Below, piece by piece: positions 1 to 10,647 of a stretch of DNA of 64,000 bases. The notes below the pieces were generated by a model. It searched no databases. It was not told where the DNA came from and saw nothing but the letters and a program-made list of their open reading frames with translations. Position numbers and translations under genes: made by a program. Position 1 is the first letter of the stretch. The number at the start of each line of letters is the position of its first letter. This DNA comes from Syntrophaceae bacterium. Its GTDB lineage: Bacteria; Desulfobacterota; Desulfomonilia; UBA1062. The stretch lies in NCBI GenBank assembly GCA_039680665.1, contig JBDKSM010000035.1:337-64336 (forward strand), written 5' to 3'.

Positions 1-3000
1 CCTGGGGCTGTATGGGCCTGTTTCTTCAGGCACACCGTAAACCAGAATGTGGAGCCTTGGTTTTCCACGCTTTCCACCCCGATGGCGCCGCCCATCATCT
101 CGGTGAGCTGTTTGCAGATCGTGAGCCCCAGGCCGGTGCCCCCGTATTTGCGGGTAATGGAGGCATCCGCCTGGGTAAACGGCTGAAACAGGCTGTCGAT
201 CTTATCGGCCGGGATACCGATGCCCGTATCGCGAACCTCGAAACGGATCAGGGCTTTCGTATCGTCCTCGCCCTCCATGGTAACATGGATGATGATTTCA
301 CCCTGGCGGGTGAACTTAATGGCATTGCCTACCAGGTTGGTCAGGATCTGACGGAGCCTTCCTGGATCGCCCTGGAGCAGGGAGGGGACCTCCGGGTCCA
401 CCAAACAGCCGAATTCCAGCCCGCTTTCCTGGGCGCGGAAGGCCAGGAGTTCATTGATGTCCTCCAAGGCCGTGCGCAGATCGAAATCAATAATTTCAAG
501 TTCATATTTACCGGCCTCGATCTTGGAAAGGTCAAGGATATCGTTGATGATGGTCAACAAGCTGTCGGCGCTTTTCATGACCAGATCGGCATATTGGCGC
601 TGCTCCGTGGTCAAATCGGTATCCAGCATCAAGGCGGTCATACCCATGATGCCGTTCATGGGGGTACGGATTTCGTGGCTCATGTTGGCCAGAAAATCAC
701 TCTTGGCTTTATCGGCCGCCTCGGCCACCAGCTTGGCCTTGATCAGTTCGTCCTCGGCCAGTTTTCTTTTAATGGCATTGGCGAAGAGGTTGCCTAAGAC
801 ACGCAACAGGCTGATGGTCTCTTCGTCGCCGCGCAGACGCTTTTCCATTGTTACAAAACCGATATAGCCCAAGGTGGAATTCTCGTAGATCATGGGCACG
901 ACCGCCACCGATTGCCAACCCCAGGATTGGAACAAGGCCTTCTCGCGATACCACATGGCCGGAAGATCCATCACGCTCGGTATAAAGACGTGCTCATAAC
1001 GGTTCAGGAACTCAATGCCCATCGGGAACATGCCGGGAGAAATTACCGGTAGACCCGCCGGGTCCACCTCTTGGCCGTCGACGCTCCAGGCATGCGTGAG
1101 GGTGAGGACGCTGACGGAAGAGTCGAGCTGGAGGACATACGCTTTATCGGCGCCGTAAAAGGCCCCCATGGTGGCCAGTCCCCGCCTGATCCCGGCGTCG
1201 ATATCCTGGGAAGACAGGTTCACGAATTCAGTGGAGAGATCCAAGACCAACTGCTCGATCTTCTCGCGTTCACGCAGTTTTTCCTGGGCCTGCATCAGGG
1301 CCGTGATGTCACGACTGATGCGCAACAGTCCAATCACGTTCCCATCTGGGGTCCTTAGCGGCGCCTTCAAGGTATCGAGCAGAACCGCGCGTCCGTCGGG
1401 ATAGGAGACCCATTCATCGGCATGCACGGTTATCCCTTCTTCCATGGTGGCGCGGTCGCTTTCCCGCAAGGTCTCGGCGATCTCGGGAGCAAACAGATCA
1501 CCATCGGTGGCGCCCACGATGTCATCGCGGGTGTGTCCCACCCGTTCGGCAAAGGCCGGATTGCTTCCCAAATAGGTTCCACGCTTGTCCTTGAAGCAGA
1601 TGCTGTCGGGGATGGAATCCAACAGTCCCGTCAGGAGCGTCGTCTGCCGGGCCAGAGCCTCCTCCGTGCTCTTGCGGGCCGTGATATCGCGCAGTATGCC
1701 GATACTGAACCATTGATCACCCAGTCTGGCCGGCGATACGGAGAGCTCAATGGGAAACTCGGTGCCATCCTTGCGTAGCGCCGTCAACTCGAGCAGTTTG
1801 CCCATGGCCTGGCCTTCCCCGGTTCTCTGGAATTGCATGAATCCCCGGTGCTGTTCTTCATGGTAGCGCGGAGGGGCCAACAATCGATGGAGGTTCTCGC
1901 CCAACGCCTCCTGCCGCGTGTACCCGAACATGTTTTCGGCCGCCGGATTCCAGAAGGTTATGCCGCCGGTATGATCCATCATGATAATGGCGTCCAAGGC
2001 CTGAGTGCTGATCAGACGGAAACGTTCCTTGCTTTCCTGCAAGGCCTTTTGGGCCCGTTTACGATCAGTGATATCGCGCGCCACGGCCTGAAACCCGACG
2101 GGGAGGTTGTTCTCCAACAGGAGCTGAACATTCTGTCCCAGCCAGACCTCGCTCCCGTCCTTGGCGAGCATGGGGATCTCATTGTAGGTCGTACGGATGC
2201 GCTTCACCAATTGCCGGCCGAATATCCGCGCCACCTCATTGCGGTAGGCCTTGGGGATAAATTCCAGATAATGCCGTCCGAGCATCTCCTGTTCGCTGAA
2301 ACCGCAGATCCTTTCCGCGACCTGATTGATAAAGATGATGTTGCCGTTCTGATCCGCCCGGTAGATGATGTCTCCAGCAGCCTGCACCAGCGTCCGAAAC
2401 CGCTCTTCGCTCTCCTCCAAGGCCTTCTTTGAATCCTGCAAAGAGTCGAGCATGCGATTGATCGATGTAGAGAGTCCGGTCAATTCATCATGGCCTTTAA
2501 TGGCGATCCGCGCAGATAAATCACCGGAGGCGCTGATATCTCTCACGGCTGAGCTGATAAGGTTTAGGCGTCCAAGCACCTGGGTATGAAGCAGCCCCAC
2601 TATGGTAAGACCTGAGAGAATACCTGCGAACAATATGAAGAACACGTAGTATTTAACATTCAGACGGTTCTGCTGGTAGATCCCACGATGCATATCCACC
2701 CGCAGAATAAGCGCGGGTCGATTATATATATCCTCGATCAGGGTGTATCCGGCAATGTACTCCGAACTCAGCTCCTTGACCAGAATGGCCCCCGTACGCG
2801 ATAAGATGCCATACGCCGTTCGGAAGTCCTGGGGCAGCTCGGCATCGGCGATCTGGCGCACGGACAGTGACAGATGGGTCGTAGCAGCCAAGCGGGATAT
2901 CAAGGCCTGGTCAAGATAGCGACCCATAATTACTACTCCACGGGTCGGCCCCTTCTGCTCACTGGTCAGAATGGGATAGGAACTGATTAAAAGCGGCCCC

Positions 3001-3483
3001 TCCGGCAGGAGGATAATGCCTTCCCTATGGGTGTCGAGGGATGTATATTGAAACAAGGATGTACCCTCGTCCGCCCCTTGAAGCATGCGCCGCAAACCCT
3101 GCGGGATGGGCATTAACCTCCCTTGTGAATCCAGAGCCTTGGCAAAGACAACCTTTCGAGAGCTATTCAGATAGACAATCAGGTTGATGTTGATGCCCAT
3201 CAGGCTCTCGTCATTAAGGGTGGCCTTAATATAAGCATCATTCTCATCTTTGATGAATGCATAGGTATCGTCCCAGGCGGCCCAGTCGCGGTTGATGGTA
3301 GCCAGGCCGTCAAGCTCCCCCTGCAGCGCGCTTTGAGCCCGCATGACATGTTCGCGGGTATAGCTTTCTTCCAGGCCCATCAGTCCCTTGAAGAGAATAT
3401 ACCGCGAGGTGACATAAAACAGCGCCATCAAACAGAGGAATATGGCGCCTACGATGATGAGAGATTTGTTGCGTAGCGTCATA
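1..3483 (-). CDS. Hybrid-type sensor histidine kinase, 5' (N-terminal) part in window; C-terminus runs past position 1. Domains: TM, ~250-aa extracytoplasmic sensor (CHASE4-like), second TM, HAMP, three PAS, GAF, HisKA, HATPase_c
   Basis: Manual minus-strand translation from ATG (revcomp of cat at 3481-3483) gives [23 protein letters not shown]... with no stop down to position 1. HisKA motif [15 protein letters not shown] and HATPase motif [13 protein letters not shown] are present. Absent from the ORF track because no stop codon lies inside the window. Confidence 0.88.
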
Positions 3484-3678
3484 CGCAGCCGTCCCCGGTA
3501 TGCATGCAGCCTATTGCGCGCACGTGCTTGCACCCCTTTTCCTTGTAGGCTTATCCATCAGTTTCGGTTGAGCGGGACCGAATCTTGAATGGCGGGACGA
3601 TTCGTCCTTTACGTAAATAAATTTTTTACACCATTTGCACCATCGATGATCATTATAGCCCCTGTTCTATAACAAATA

Positions 3679-3708
3679 TTGACATCCGGCATGCATTTGG
3701 CGTATAAG
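3679..3708 (+). promoter_or_regulatory. sigma70-like promoter for the acyl-CoA dehydrogenase gene: -35 TTGACA (3679-3684), 18-nt spacer, -10 TATAAG (3703-3708)
   Basis: Consensus -35 hexamer and 4/6 match to the -10 hexamer, ~45 nt upstream of the RBS AAGGAGGG/ATG at 3751, in an AT-rich intergenic region. Confidence 0.45.
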
Positions 3709-3709
3709 A

Positions 3710-3725
3710 ATGAATGCTCATTCAT
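3710..3725. promoter_or_regulatory. Perfect 7-2-7 palindrome ATGAATGctCATTCAT directly after the -10 element; candidate repressor operator (FadR/TetR-type)
   Basis: revcomp(ATGAATG)=CATTCAT, perfect, spacer 2 nt, overlapping the predicted transcription start. Confidence 0.35.
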
Positions 3726-3750
3726 AAATAACGGAACTAAGGAGGGTTGT

Positions 3751-5589
3751 ATGGCAAGTCAGTGGGTTGACGAGAGGGATCTAAAATTCCAATTGTTTGA
3801 GATGTTTAAGATAGGGGAGACCCTGCTTGGCAAAGGCCGCTATGTGGACCATGATGTCGATATGTGCAACATGGTGCTCGATCAGGCTCAGAAATTCGCC
3901 GAGCTTGAGATAGCACCCACCTATCCGGACGAGGTGCAGCGCAAACCGGTCGAGGCCGAATTCAAAGAAGGCAAGGTCATCGTTCCTGAGGCGTATCACC
4001 GGCTCTGGAAGCTCTATTGCGAAGGCGGCTGGATGAGCACGGCGGATCAGCCCGAGGTCGGCGGACAGTCATTCCCGGCCTGCGTGGCCGCAGCCTGCGC
4101 CAACATGTTCCTGTCCACCAATCAGGCCTTTATCATGTATCCCGGTCTCACCCACGGCGCCGCGCGCCTGATGGAAGATTTCTTCCAGGGCTCTTTGCGG
4201 AACGTCGTCCTGGAAAAGATGTACACCGGCGAATGGGCGGGCACCATGTGCTTGACCGAGCCGGGCGCCGGTTCGGATGTCGGGGCCTTGAAGACCACCG
4301 CCAAGAAGAACGCTGACGGCACCTATTCCATCACCGGCACCAAGTGCTTCATCTCGGCCGGCGACCACAACCTGACCCCGAATATCATCCACCCGGTGCT
4401 GGCCAGGATTGAAGGCGACCCCAAAGGCACCAAAGGCATCTCCATCTTCATGGTGCCCAAAATCAGGTTCAACGAGAAGGGCGAGCTGGGCGAGCCCAAT
4501 GACGTATCCTGCGGCGGCATCGAGAGCAAGATGGGCATCCATGGCAACGCCACCTGTACGCTCAACTTCGGCGAGAACGGCAAGTGTCTCGGCTGGCTCA
4601 TGGGTGAAGAGCGCGAAGGCATGAAGATCATGTTCCACATGATGAACGAAGAGCGTCAGGGAGTGGGCATGATGGGCGCCTCTCTGGCGACCGCGGCCTG
4701 GCTGCATGCATTGGAATATGCCAAGGGCAGATTCCAGGGCCAGAACATCATCGCCATGGCCATGAAAGACGAGAACGCCCCCCAGGTGCAGATCATCCAG
4801 CACCCGGACGTGCGTCGCATGCTTCTCAAAATGAAGTCCACCACCGACGGAATCCGGGCTCTGTGCCTCCTGTGCTACTTCTGCATGGACAATGAGTTCA
4901 ACGCCATGATCGAAGGCAATGAGGAGCAGAAGGAATACTGGCACGGCCTGATCGAGGTGCTCACCCCCCTGGTCAAGTCCTACGGCACCGAGGCCGGCAT
5001 GGATGTCTGCGGCCTGGCCGTCCAGACCTACGGCGGCTACGGCTTCTGCCGCGAGTATCCGGTTGAGCAGATGATGCGCGACCAGAAGATCAATATGATT
5101 TACGAAGGCACCAACGGCATCCAGGCGATGGACCTGTTGGGCCGCAAACTGGGCATGAAGAAGGGCGCCTACTTTATGAACCTGCTGGGCTTCACCAAGC
5201 CCGCCATTGATGAAGCCAAAGCCAACGAGGCCTTCAAGGCCGAAGCCGCGGTGGTCGAGGGCGCCTTGAACGCCTGCGCCGAAACCGCCATGGCATTCGC
5301 CAAGATGATCAAGGTCACCCCGTATGTCCCGCTCATCGGCGCCGCCGACTTCCTCAACTGCATGTCCGAAGCACTGGTCGGCTGGCTGCAGCTCTGGATG
5401 GCCAACGCCGCCACCAAGGGCCTGGCCAGCGCCACGAGCGACAAGGACAAGGCCTTCTACACCGGCAAGCTCCATGCCGCCAAGTTCTACATCAACCGCA
5501 TCACCGGTCTGGTTCCGGCTAAGCTCGAAAACCTGAAGAAGGACGAACAGAGCGCCATGAACATCCCGGAAGAGGCCTTCGCCGTCTAA
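3751..5589 (+). CDS. Long-type acyl-CoA dehydrogenase (FadE/AidB-like, ~612 aa)
   Basis: ORF 3679..5589 trimmed to ATG 3751, preceded by RBS AAGGAGGG. Acyl-CoA dehydrogenase family protein with a long C-terminal extension; sequence starts MASQWVDERDLKFQLFEMFK. Confidence 0.85.
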   Translation: MASQWVDERDLKFQLFEMFKIGETLLGKGRYVDHDVDMCNMVLDQAQKFAELEIAPTYPDEVQRKPVEAEFKEGKVIVPEAYHRLWKLYCEGGWMSTADQPEVGGQSFPACVAAACANMFLSTNQAFIMYPGLTHGAARLMEDFFQGSLRNVVLEKMYTGEWAGTMCLTEPGAGSDVGALKTTAKKNADGTYSITGTKCFISAGDHNLTPNIIHPVLARIEGDPKGTKGISIFMVPKIRFNEKGELGEPNDVSCGGIESKMGIHGNATCTLNFGENGKCLGWLMGEEREGMKIMFHMMNEERQGVGMMGASLATAAWLHALEYAKGRFQGQNIIAMAMKDENAPQVQIIQHPDVRRMLLKMKSTTDGIRALCLLCYFCMDNEFNAMIEGNEEQKEYWHGLIEVLTPLVKSYGTEAGMDVCGLAVQTYGGYGFCREYPVEQMMRDQKINMIYEGTNGIQAMDLLGRKLGMKKGAYFMNLLGFTKPAIDEAKANEAFKAEAAVVEGALNACAETAMAFAKMIKVTPYVPLIGAADFLNCMSEALVGWLQLWMANAATKGLASATSDKDKAFYTGKLHAAKFYINRITGLVPAKLENLKKDEQSAMNIPEEAFAV

Positions 5590-5615
5590 GGCTTTACCAA
5601 AATCCAGCAAGGCAT

Positions 5616-5657
5616 CTGGGGAATCCCTTTATCAGCGGGGTTCCCCAGATCTTTTTC
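5616..5657 (+). terminator. Rho-independent terminator downstream of the acyl-CoA dehydrogenase
   Basis: 12-bp stem CTGGGGAATCCC/GGGGTTCCCCAG (1 mismatch), 9-nt loop, followed by ATCTTTTTC. Confidence 0.6.
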
Positions 5658-5798
5658 AGCTCAAAACCATACTCGCCTCCGCATGAAGGTCCCCCCTCGA
5701 CCATCATCCACATGATATTCTTTCATGTTTTTGATCATGGTTTGCCGAAAGACCCCATTATGGCCGTTGTTCGATGCCAGGGACAGGGGAGGTAACCG

Positions 5799-6116
5799 AT
5801 GACGGAAAAAGAATTAGCGCTGTTTCTGAAACGCTTAAGCTCTGAATTGCGTTCCGTGTATAATACCATCGCCCAGCAGATGCCTGATGACGCCCTGCGT
5901 CACGGGCGCACCAAGGGGCATGATAAGCTCGCTATCCAACGTCAGGAAGATCTCTGGCGCGAATCAAACCCTGACGCCGACATCGCGCATGTCCTGGTCC
6001 CTGAAAATAGCCCGTCAGACAGAGCGTACGGCAAGTTTACCGCGCTTGACGCACTGGACGCCTTTATCGATGATTTGAACGAGGACATCGCCACCCTGCT
6101 GGAGAACACGGCTTAG
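5799..6116 (+). CDS. Hypothetical small acidic protein (105 aa)
   Basis: Intergenic ORF with start MTEKELALFL..., acidic C-terminus (DALDAFIDDLNEDIATLLENTA). No recognisable motif. Confidence 0.35.
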   Translation: MTEKELALFLKRLSSELRSVYNTIAQQMPDDALRHGRTKGHDKLAIQRQEDLWRESNPDADIAHVLVPENSPSDRAYGKFTALDALDAFIDDLNEDIATLLENTA

Positions 6117-6151
6117 TCAAAAGACTCGCCCACGAAAACCTGCAGCAACAT

Positions 6152-7426
6152 TCAATCCCGTTCGTCCACGACGGCGGCATCTCCCTTGAACGCAGCTCCC
6201 GGAACGATACGCACACTCATGCGAACACCCGTGCCGGCATGGATGGCCCTTTCCAATTTCTCGACAAAGGCCTTTTGGGTACGCATCTCGTCAAAGAAGA
6301 GATTGTCTCCCACCTCGAGCAACACATCGGCCTTTTCATAGGATCCCTCGCGGTAGATATGCAGCTGGGTGCGGGTCTCCGCCCCTTCGTGTTTGAGAAT
6401 TTCACGAATGCGTTCAGGCGTCACACCCATGCCTTTGATCTTGATGGCATCATCCGTACGGCCGTAGATTTCGGCCAGACGGATATGCGTGCGCCCGCAC
6501 GGACATGCCCCATCCATCAGCATGGTGATGTCGCCGGTGCGATAACGGATCAGAGGAAAGGCCTCACGCGCCAGCGTCGTGATCACGAGCTCACCCTTAA
6601 CCCCGGACGGCAAAATCTGTCCGCTGGACGGATCGATGACCTCGGGGATAAAGAAGTCCTCGTACAGGTGCAGTCCCTCGTGCGCGCCGCACTCGCCCGC
6701 GATGCCCGGACCGAGCACCACGCTCGATCCGTAGCTGTTGAAAACCTCGACGCCCAGATCAGCGAAACGCTGCCTTACCTTGGGGCTCAGACGCTCGGCG
6801 CCCAGGATGGCGCGCCGCAGCCGCAAACCCTTGGGATTAATTCCCAGTTCGCCCAGCTTATCGAGCAGGATCAGGGCATAGCTCGGCATACAGGCGATCA
6901 CCGAGGTCAGGTAATCGCGCATGATGGTCACCTGCTCGGCCGTATTGCCGATATCGGCCGGTATGACCGAGGCACCGATGAGCTCCGCGGCGGCATGAAA
7001 GCCGAATCCACCGGTCATCAACCCGTAACGGAAGGCAATCTGGATCACGTCATCACGCGTGATGCCGGCGCAGATAAGGAAGCGCGCCACCAGTCTGGCC
7101 CAGGCCTTCAGGTCATTGGCGGTATGCCCCGTCACAATGGGCTTGCGCGCCTGACCCGATGAGGTATGGATGCGCACCACCTCCCTTAAAGGCACGGCGA
7201 ACATGTCATAGGGATAGCACTGCTCGATCTCCTGGCGGGTCGTGAACGGTAGCAAACTGATATCGGAAAGGGTTTTGACGTCCTCGGGCAATATGCCCGC
7301 CGCATCTAGGGCGCGGCGGTAATGGGCCACGTTCAGATAGGCCCGGTTCAACGTGGATTGAAGCCGCTCAAGCTGCAGCACCTTGAGCTCTTCCCTCGGC
7401 ATGGTTTCATAGCGCTCTTCCAGCAT
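6152..7426 (-). CDS. Phenylacetate-CoA ligase family (PaaK / coenzyme F390 synthetase-like adenylating enzyme), 425 aa
   Basis: Start trimmed to MLEERYETMPREELKVLQLERLQ... (ATG at 7424-7426, RBS AGGGAGGGAAGG). PaaK-family signature regions (…HTSSG…; …YGSS…) are present. Last gene of the liv-like operon. Confidence 0.85.
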   Translation of the reverse strand: MLEERYETMPREELKVLQLERLQSTLNRAYLNVAHYRRALDAAGILPEDVKTLSDISLLPFTTRQEIEQCYPYDMFAVPLREVVRIHTSSGQARKPIVTGHTANDLKAWARLVARFLICAGITRDDVIQIAFRYGLMTGGFGFHAAAELIGASVIPADIGNTAEQVTIMRDYLTSVIACMPSYALILLDKLGELGINPKGLRLRRAILGAERLSPKVRQRFADLGVEVFNSYGSSVVLGPGIAGECGAHEGLHLYEDFFIPEVIDPSSGQILPSGVKGELVITTLAREAFPLIRYRTGDITMLMDGACPCGRTHIRLAEIYGRTDDAIKIKGMGVTPERIREILKHEGAETRTQLHIYREGSYEKADVLLEVGDNLFFDEMRTQKAFVEKLERAIHAGTGVRMSVRIVPGAAFKGDAAVVDERD

Positions 7427-7439
7427 CGCCTTCCCTCCC

Positions 7440-8207
7440 TCATTCCTCGCTTCCCAGGTAAGCCTCCAGCACCCGCGGGTCCTTACGGACGATCTGCGGG
7501 GCACCCGCGGTCAGCACGCGGCCTTCGGCCATGACAATAATACGCTGACAAATGTCCATGATCAAATTCATATCGTGTTCAATGATGACTACCGTGAGAT
7601 CGAGCTCAGACTTGAGGCGCACGATAAGCTCGGAAAGTTTCTCGGTCTCCTTGGGATTCATGCCGGCGGCAGGTTCGTCCAGGAATATGACGGTCGGCTT
7701 GGCGGCCAGGGCCCGCGCTATCTCCACACGGCGCTGATTGCCGTAGGATAGATTGACGGCTTGCTCATCGGCCATGTCCTGCAGGCCCAGGCGTGTCAAC
7801 AACCTATGCGCTTCATTTCGGAGATTGCGTTCTTCGACACGCTTGGCCGGGGTATTGAACAGGCTGCGGCCGAAACCGGCCTTGAGTCTGCTATGGCCGC
7901 CCACCATCACATTTTCAAGCACGCTCATATCGCGAAAGATTTCCAGATTCTGGAAGGTGCGCGCCATGCCGAGCCGGACCCGGCGGTGAGGACGCAGCCG
8001 GGTGATGTCGCGGCCATGCAACAGGATACGCCCATCATCCGGCGTAAAAAGTCCTGTCAGGACATTGAAGAGCGTGGTCTTGCCCGCGCCGTTCGGTCCG
8101 ATGACACCCAGGATCTCGCCCTGGATAACCTCGAGCGATACATCGCTCAGGGCCTGGATGCCCATGAAATGCTTGCTTAAGGATGCTGCCTGCAGCACTA
8201 CTCCCAC
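7440..8207 (-). CDS. ABC transporter ATP-binding protein, LivG-like
   Basis: Walker A GPNGAGKTT and a LivG-type N-terminus; 13-nt gap to the downstream paaK-like gene. Confidence 0.85.
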   Translation of the reverse strand: MGVVLQAASLSKHFMGIQALSDVSLEVIQGEILGVIGPNGAGKTTLFNVLTGLFTPDDGRILLHGRDITRLRPHRRVRLGMARTFQNLEIFRDMSVLENVMVGGHSRLKAGFGRSLFNTPAKRVEERNLRNEAHRLLTRLGLQDMADEQAVNLSYGNQRRVEIARALAAKPTVIFLDEPAAGMNPKETEKLSELIVRLKSELDLTVVIIEHDMNLIMDICQRIIVMAEGRVLTAGAPQIVRKDPRVLEAYLGSEE

Positions 8208-8926
8208 ACCTCACGATAGCCCTTGCCCAGATAGGCGCGCTGGATCTCGTTGCTGGCCTTGAGCTCAGATGTCGGGCCTTCCATGACTATGCGCCCGGTC
8301 TCGACCACATAACCCCGCTGCGCCAGGCCCAGCGCCATGCGTGCGTTCTGCTCCACCAGCAGCAGGCTCAAGCCCTCTGTTTGGTTCAACTCTTTGATCT
8401 TTTCATAGATCTGGCTCACCATAATGGGCGCCAGGCCCATGGAAGGTTCATCCAAAAGCAATACCTTGGGCCGGGCCATCAAGGTCCGGGCAATGGCCAG
8501 CATCTGCTGCTCACCGCCCGAAAGTGTGCCCGAGAGTTGCCGTCGGCGCTGTCCCAGTATGGGGAAGAGTGCCTCCATGGCAGCCAAATCCTTCTTGATC
8601 TTGGCTCGATCCTTACGCGAATAGGCCCCCAGCACCAGGTTGTCATGCACGCTCAAGCCCCTAAACAACCGCCGACCTTCGGGCACATGCCCGATGCCGC
8701 GCTTGAGGATGCGCTCCGAGCTCAGATGGGTTATTTCGTTCTCACCCAAGACGATCTCGCCGGAGGCCGCTTTCACGATCCCGGAAATCGCCCGCAGGAT
8801 TGTGCTCTTGCCGGCGCCGTTGCCGCCGATCAGGGCCACGATCTCGCCCGGATTCACATGCAGGCTCACCCCCTTGACGGCATGGATATGCCCGTAATAG
8901 GTGTGCAGGTTCCTGACCTGGAGCAT
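8198..8926 (-). CDS. ABC transporter ATP-binding protein, LivF-like
   Basis: MLQVRNLHTYYGHIHAVKGVSL...GGNGAGKST; overlaps its neighbours by 10 nt and 1 nt (translational coupling). Confidence 0.85.
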   Translation of the reverse strand: MLQVRNLHTYYGHIHAVKGVSLHVNPGEIVALIGGNGAGKSTILRAISGIVKAASGEIVLGENEITHLSSERILKRGIGHVPEGRRLFRGLSVHDNLVLGAYSRKDRAKIKKDLAAMEALFPILGQRRRQLSGTLSGGEQQMLAIARTLMARPKVLLLDEPSMGLAPIMVSQIYEKIKELNQTEGLSLLLVEQNARMALGLAQRGYVVETGRIVMEGPTSELKASNEIQRAYLGKGYREVWE

Positions 8927-9792
8927 CAGCGGGCCCCCCCGAAGATCTCAGTGATCTTGACGCGGCCCATGATGCCCTGGGGCCTGAAAACCATCATGGC
9001 CACCAGCAAACCGCCGTAAAAAATATCCTGGTAATCCGCCAGGGGCCGCAGCACTTCGGGCAGCACGGTCAGCAGGGCCGCGCCCAAAAGCGCGCCCGGG
9101 ATACTGCCGATGCCGCCAAGGACCACCATGGACAGGATCATGATGGAGGTGTGCATGCCAAATGTGTGCGGGTTGATGTAGGCCGTATAATGGGCATAGA
9201 GACTGCCGGCCAATCCGGCCCAGAAGGCGCTGACCACGATCGCCAGGGTCTTGTAGCCGTAGATGTTGATGCCCATGAAGCTGGCCGTGATGTCGTTGTC
9301 CCGAATGGCGGCCCAGGCCCGCCCGATCTTCGAGTTCTTCAAGGTATACATACTGACGATCATGAAGCCCAGGATCACGACGCAGAGGAGAAGGAAGCCG
9401 GGTTTGGAATACAGCGGATTGCCGCAGAGCGTCACGGGCGGGATACCCACCAGCCCGTCGGTCCCGCCCGTGATGTCGAGGTTCATGAATATGATCTCGA
9501 CGATAATCCCGAAGCCCAAGGTGACGATGGCCAGGTAATCATCCTTGACGCGCAGCGCCGGCAGCGCCAGCGCCAGACCTAACAAGGCCGTAATAATCCC
9601 TGCGCTGCCGAAGGCTACCGGAAAACCGAGCCCCTTGATCATGATGATCCCGCTGGCGTAGGCCCCAATACCGAAGAAGGCCGCATGCCCGAGCGACACC
9701 AGTCCGGCGAAACCCACGCTGATGTTCAGGCTCAAGGCCAGCATGGCGAAGATGGCCACCATGATGAGCACATGCAGGATATATACACTCAT
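8926..9792 (-). CDS. Branched-chain-amino-acid-type ABC permease, LivM-like
   Basis: Polytopic membrane protein in operon between LivH-like and LivF-like genes. Confidence 0.8.
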   Translation of the reverse strand: MSVYILHVLIMVAIFAMLALSLNISVGFAGLVSLGHAAFFGIGAYASGIIMIKGLGFPVAFGSAGIITALLGLALALPALRVKDDYLAIVTLGFGIIVEIIFMNLDITGGTDGLVGIPPVTLCGNPLYSKPGFLLLCVVILGFMIVSMYTLKNSKIGRAWAAIRDNDITASFMGINIYGYKTLAIVVSAFWAGLAGSLYAHYTAYINPHTFGMHTSIMILSMVVLGGIGSIPGALLGAALLTVLPEVLRPLADYQDIFYGGLLVAMMVFRPQGIMGRVKITEIFGGAR

Positions 9793-10646
9793 TACTGCCG
9801 CCCCAAGATGCCGCGCGGCCGGATGATGAGCACCAACACCAGCGCGATGAAGGCGAAGGCGTCCTTGAAGTGCGAGGACAGGTAGGCCGCACCCAGGTTT
9901 TCGGCCACGCCCAGCACCAGACCGCCTATGATCGCGCCTGGAATGGAGCCCACTCCGCCCAGGATGGCGGCCGAAAAGGCCTTGAGTCCCGGCAGCAGTC
10001 CCATATTCGGGGCAGTGGCATTATAGTACATCGCCATCAGGATACCGGCCACCCCGCTCATGGCCGAACCCAAAAGGAAGGTGGTTACATAGGCGGCGTT
10101 GACATTGATGCCCGAAAGTTTGGCCGCATCACTGTCCATGGCCACGGCCATGATGGCCTTGCCGTGTTTGGTCAGATTCAGAAAGAGCCAGAGCATCACC
10201 ATGAGCGCGAGCGAGACCAGAATGATAACCAGCTGCAGCTCCGTAATTTCGGCCCCAAAAAATTGATAGCTGTGCGGATGGAATTCCATAGGAAAGGACC
10301 GGTCCTCGGGTCCGAAGATGAGCCGTGCCAGCGAGCTTAAGAAGATAGAAGCGCCAATGGCGCTGATGAGGGGAATGAGTGGATGCATGCCGCGCACAGG
10401 CCTGAAGGCGAAGCGTTCCAGAAGCACCCCCACCAGGCAGGCCGCCGCAATACCTGCGACAATTGCCAGTACCAGGTTGCCCGTGGCGGCCAAGGTTAGT
10501 ACGGCGCCGAAGGCGCCGTACATGTAGATCTCACCCTGGGCAAAGTTGACAATCCCCAAAATGCCGAAAATCATGGTGTAGCCTAGGGCGACCAGCGCAT
10601 ACACGCAGCCCGCCGCCAGGCCGTTTACCAGTTGCTGTAAAAGCAC
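9792..10646 (-). CDS. Branched-chain-amino-acid-type ABC permease, LivH-like
   Basis: MLLQQLVNGLAAGCVYALVALGYTMIFGILGIVNFAQGE... typical LivH N-terminus. Confidence 0.85.
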   Translation of the reverse strand: MLLQQLVNGLAAGCVYALVALGYTMIFGILGIVNFAQGEIYMYGAFGAVLTLAATGNLVLAIVAGIAAACLVGVLLERFAFRPVRGMHPLIPLISAIGASIFLSSLARLIFGPEDRSFPMEFHPHSYQFFGAEITELQLVIILVSLALMVMLWLFLNLTKHGKAIMAVAMDSDAAKLSGINVNAAYVTTFLLGSAMSGVAGILMAMYYNATAPNMGLLPGLKAFSAAILGGVGSIPGAIIGGLVLGVAENLGAAYLSSHFKDAFAFIALVLVLIIRPRGILGRQ

Positions 10647-10647
10647 A

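Noticed and set aside
12-797. Long plus-strand ORFs at the left end (12..797, 1833..2432, etc.)
   Set aside because: They lie antisense to a continuous 3.48-kb minus-strand reading frame encoding a complete PAS/GAF/HisKA/HATPase kinase. They are high-GC shadow ORFs with no motifs.
4069-5610. 513-aa minus-strand ORF overlapping the acyl-CoA dehydrogenase. The same type of antisense ORF occurs at 6239..7162, 12346..13059, 13776..14411, 18721..19851, 35226..35762, 42609..44282, 44741..46225, 46450..47301 and 61926..63470.
   Set aside because: Each is antisense to a gene with clear family motifs. Their translations are low-complexity Gly/Ala/Arg/His-rich, as expected for high-GC antisense frames.
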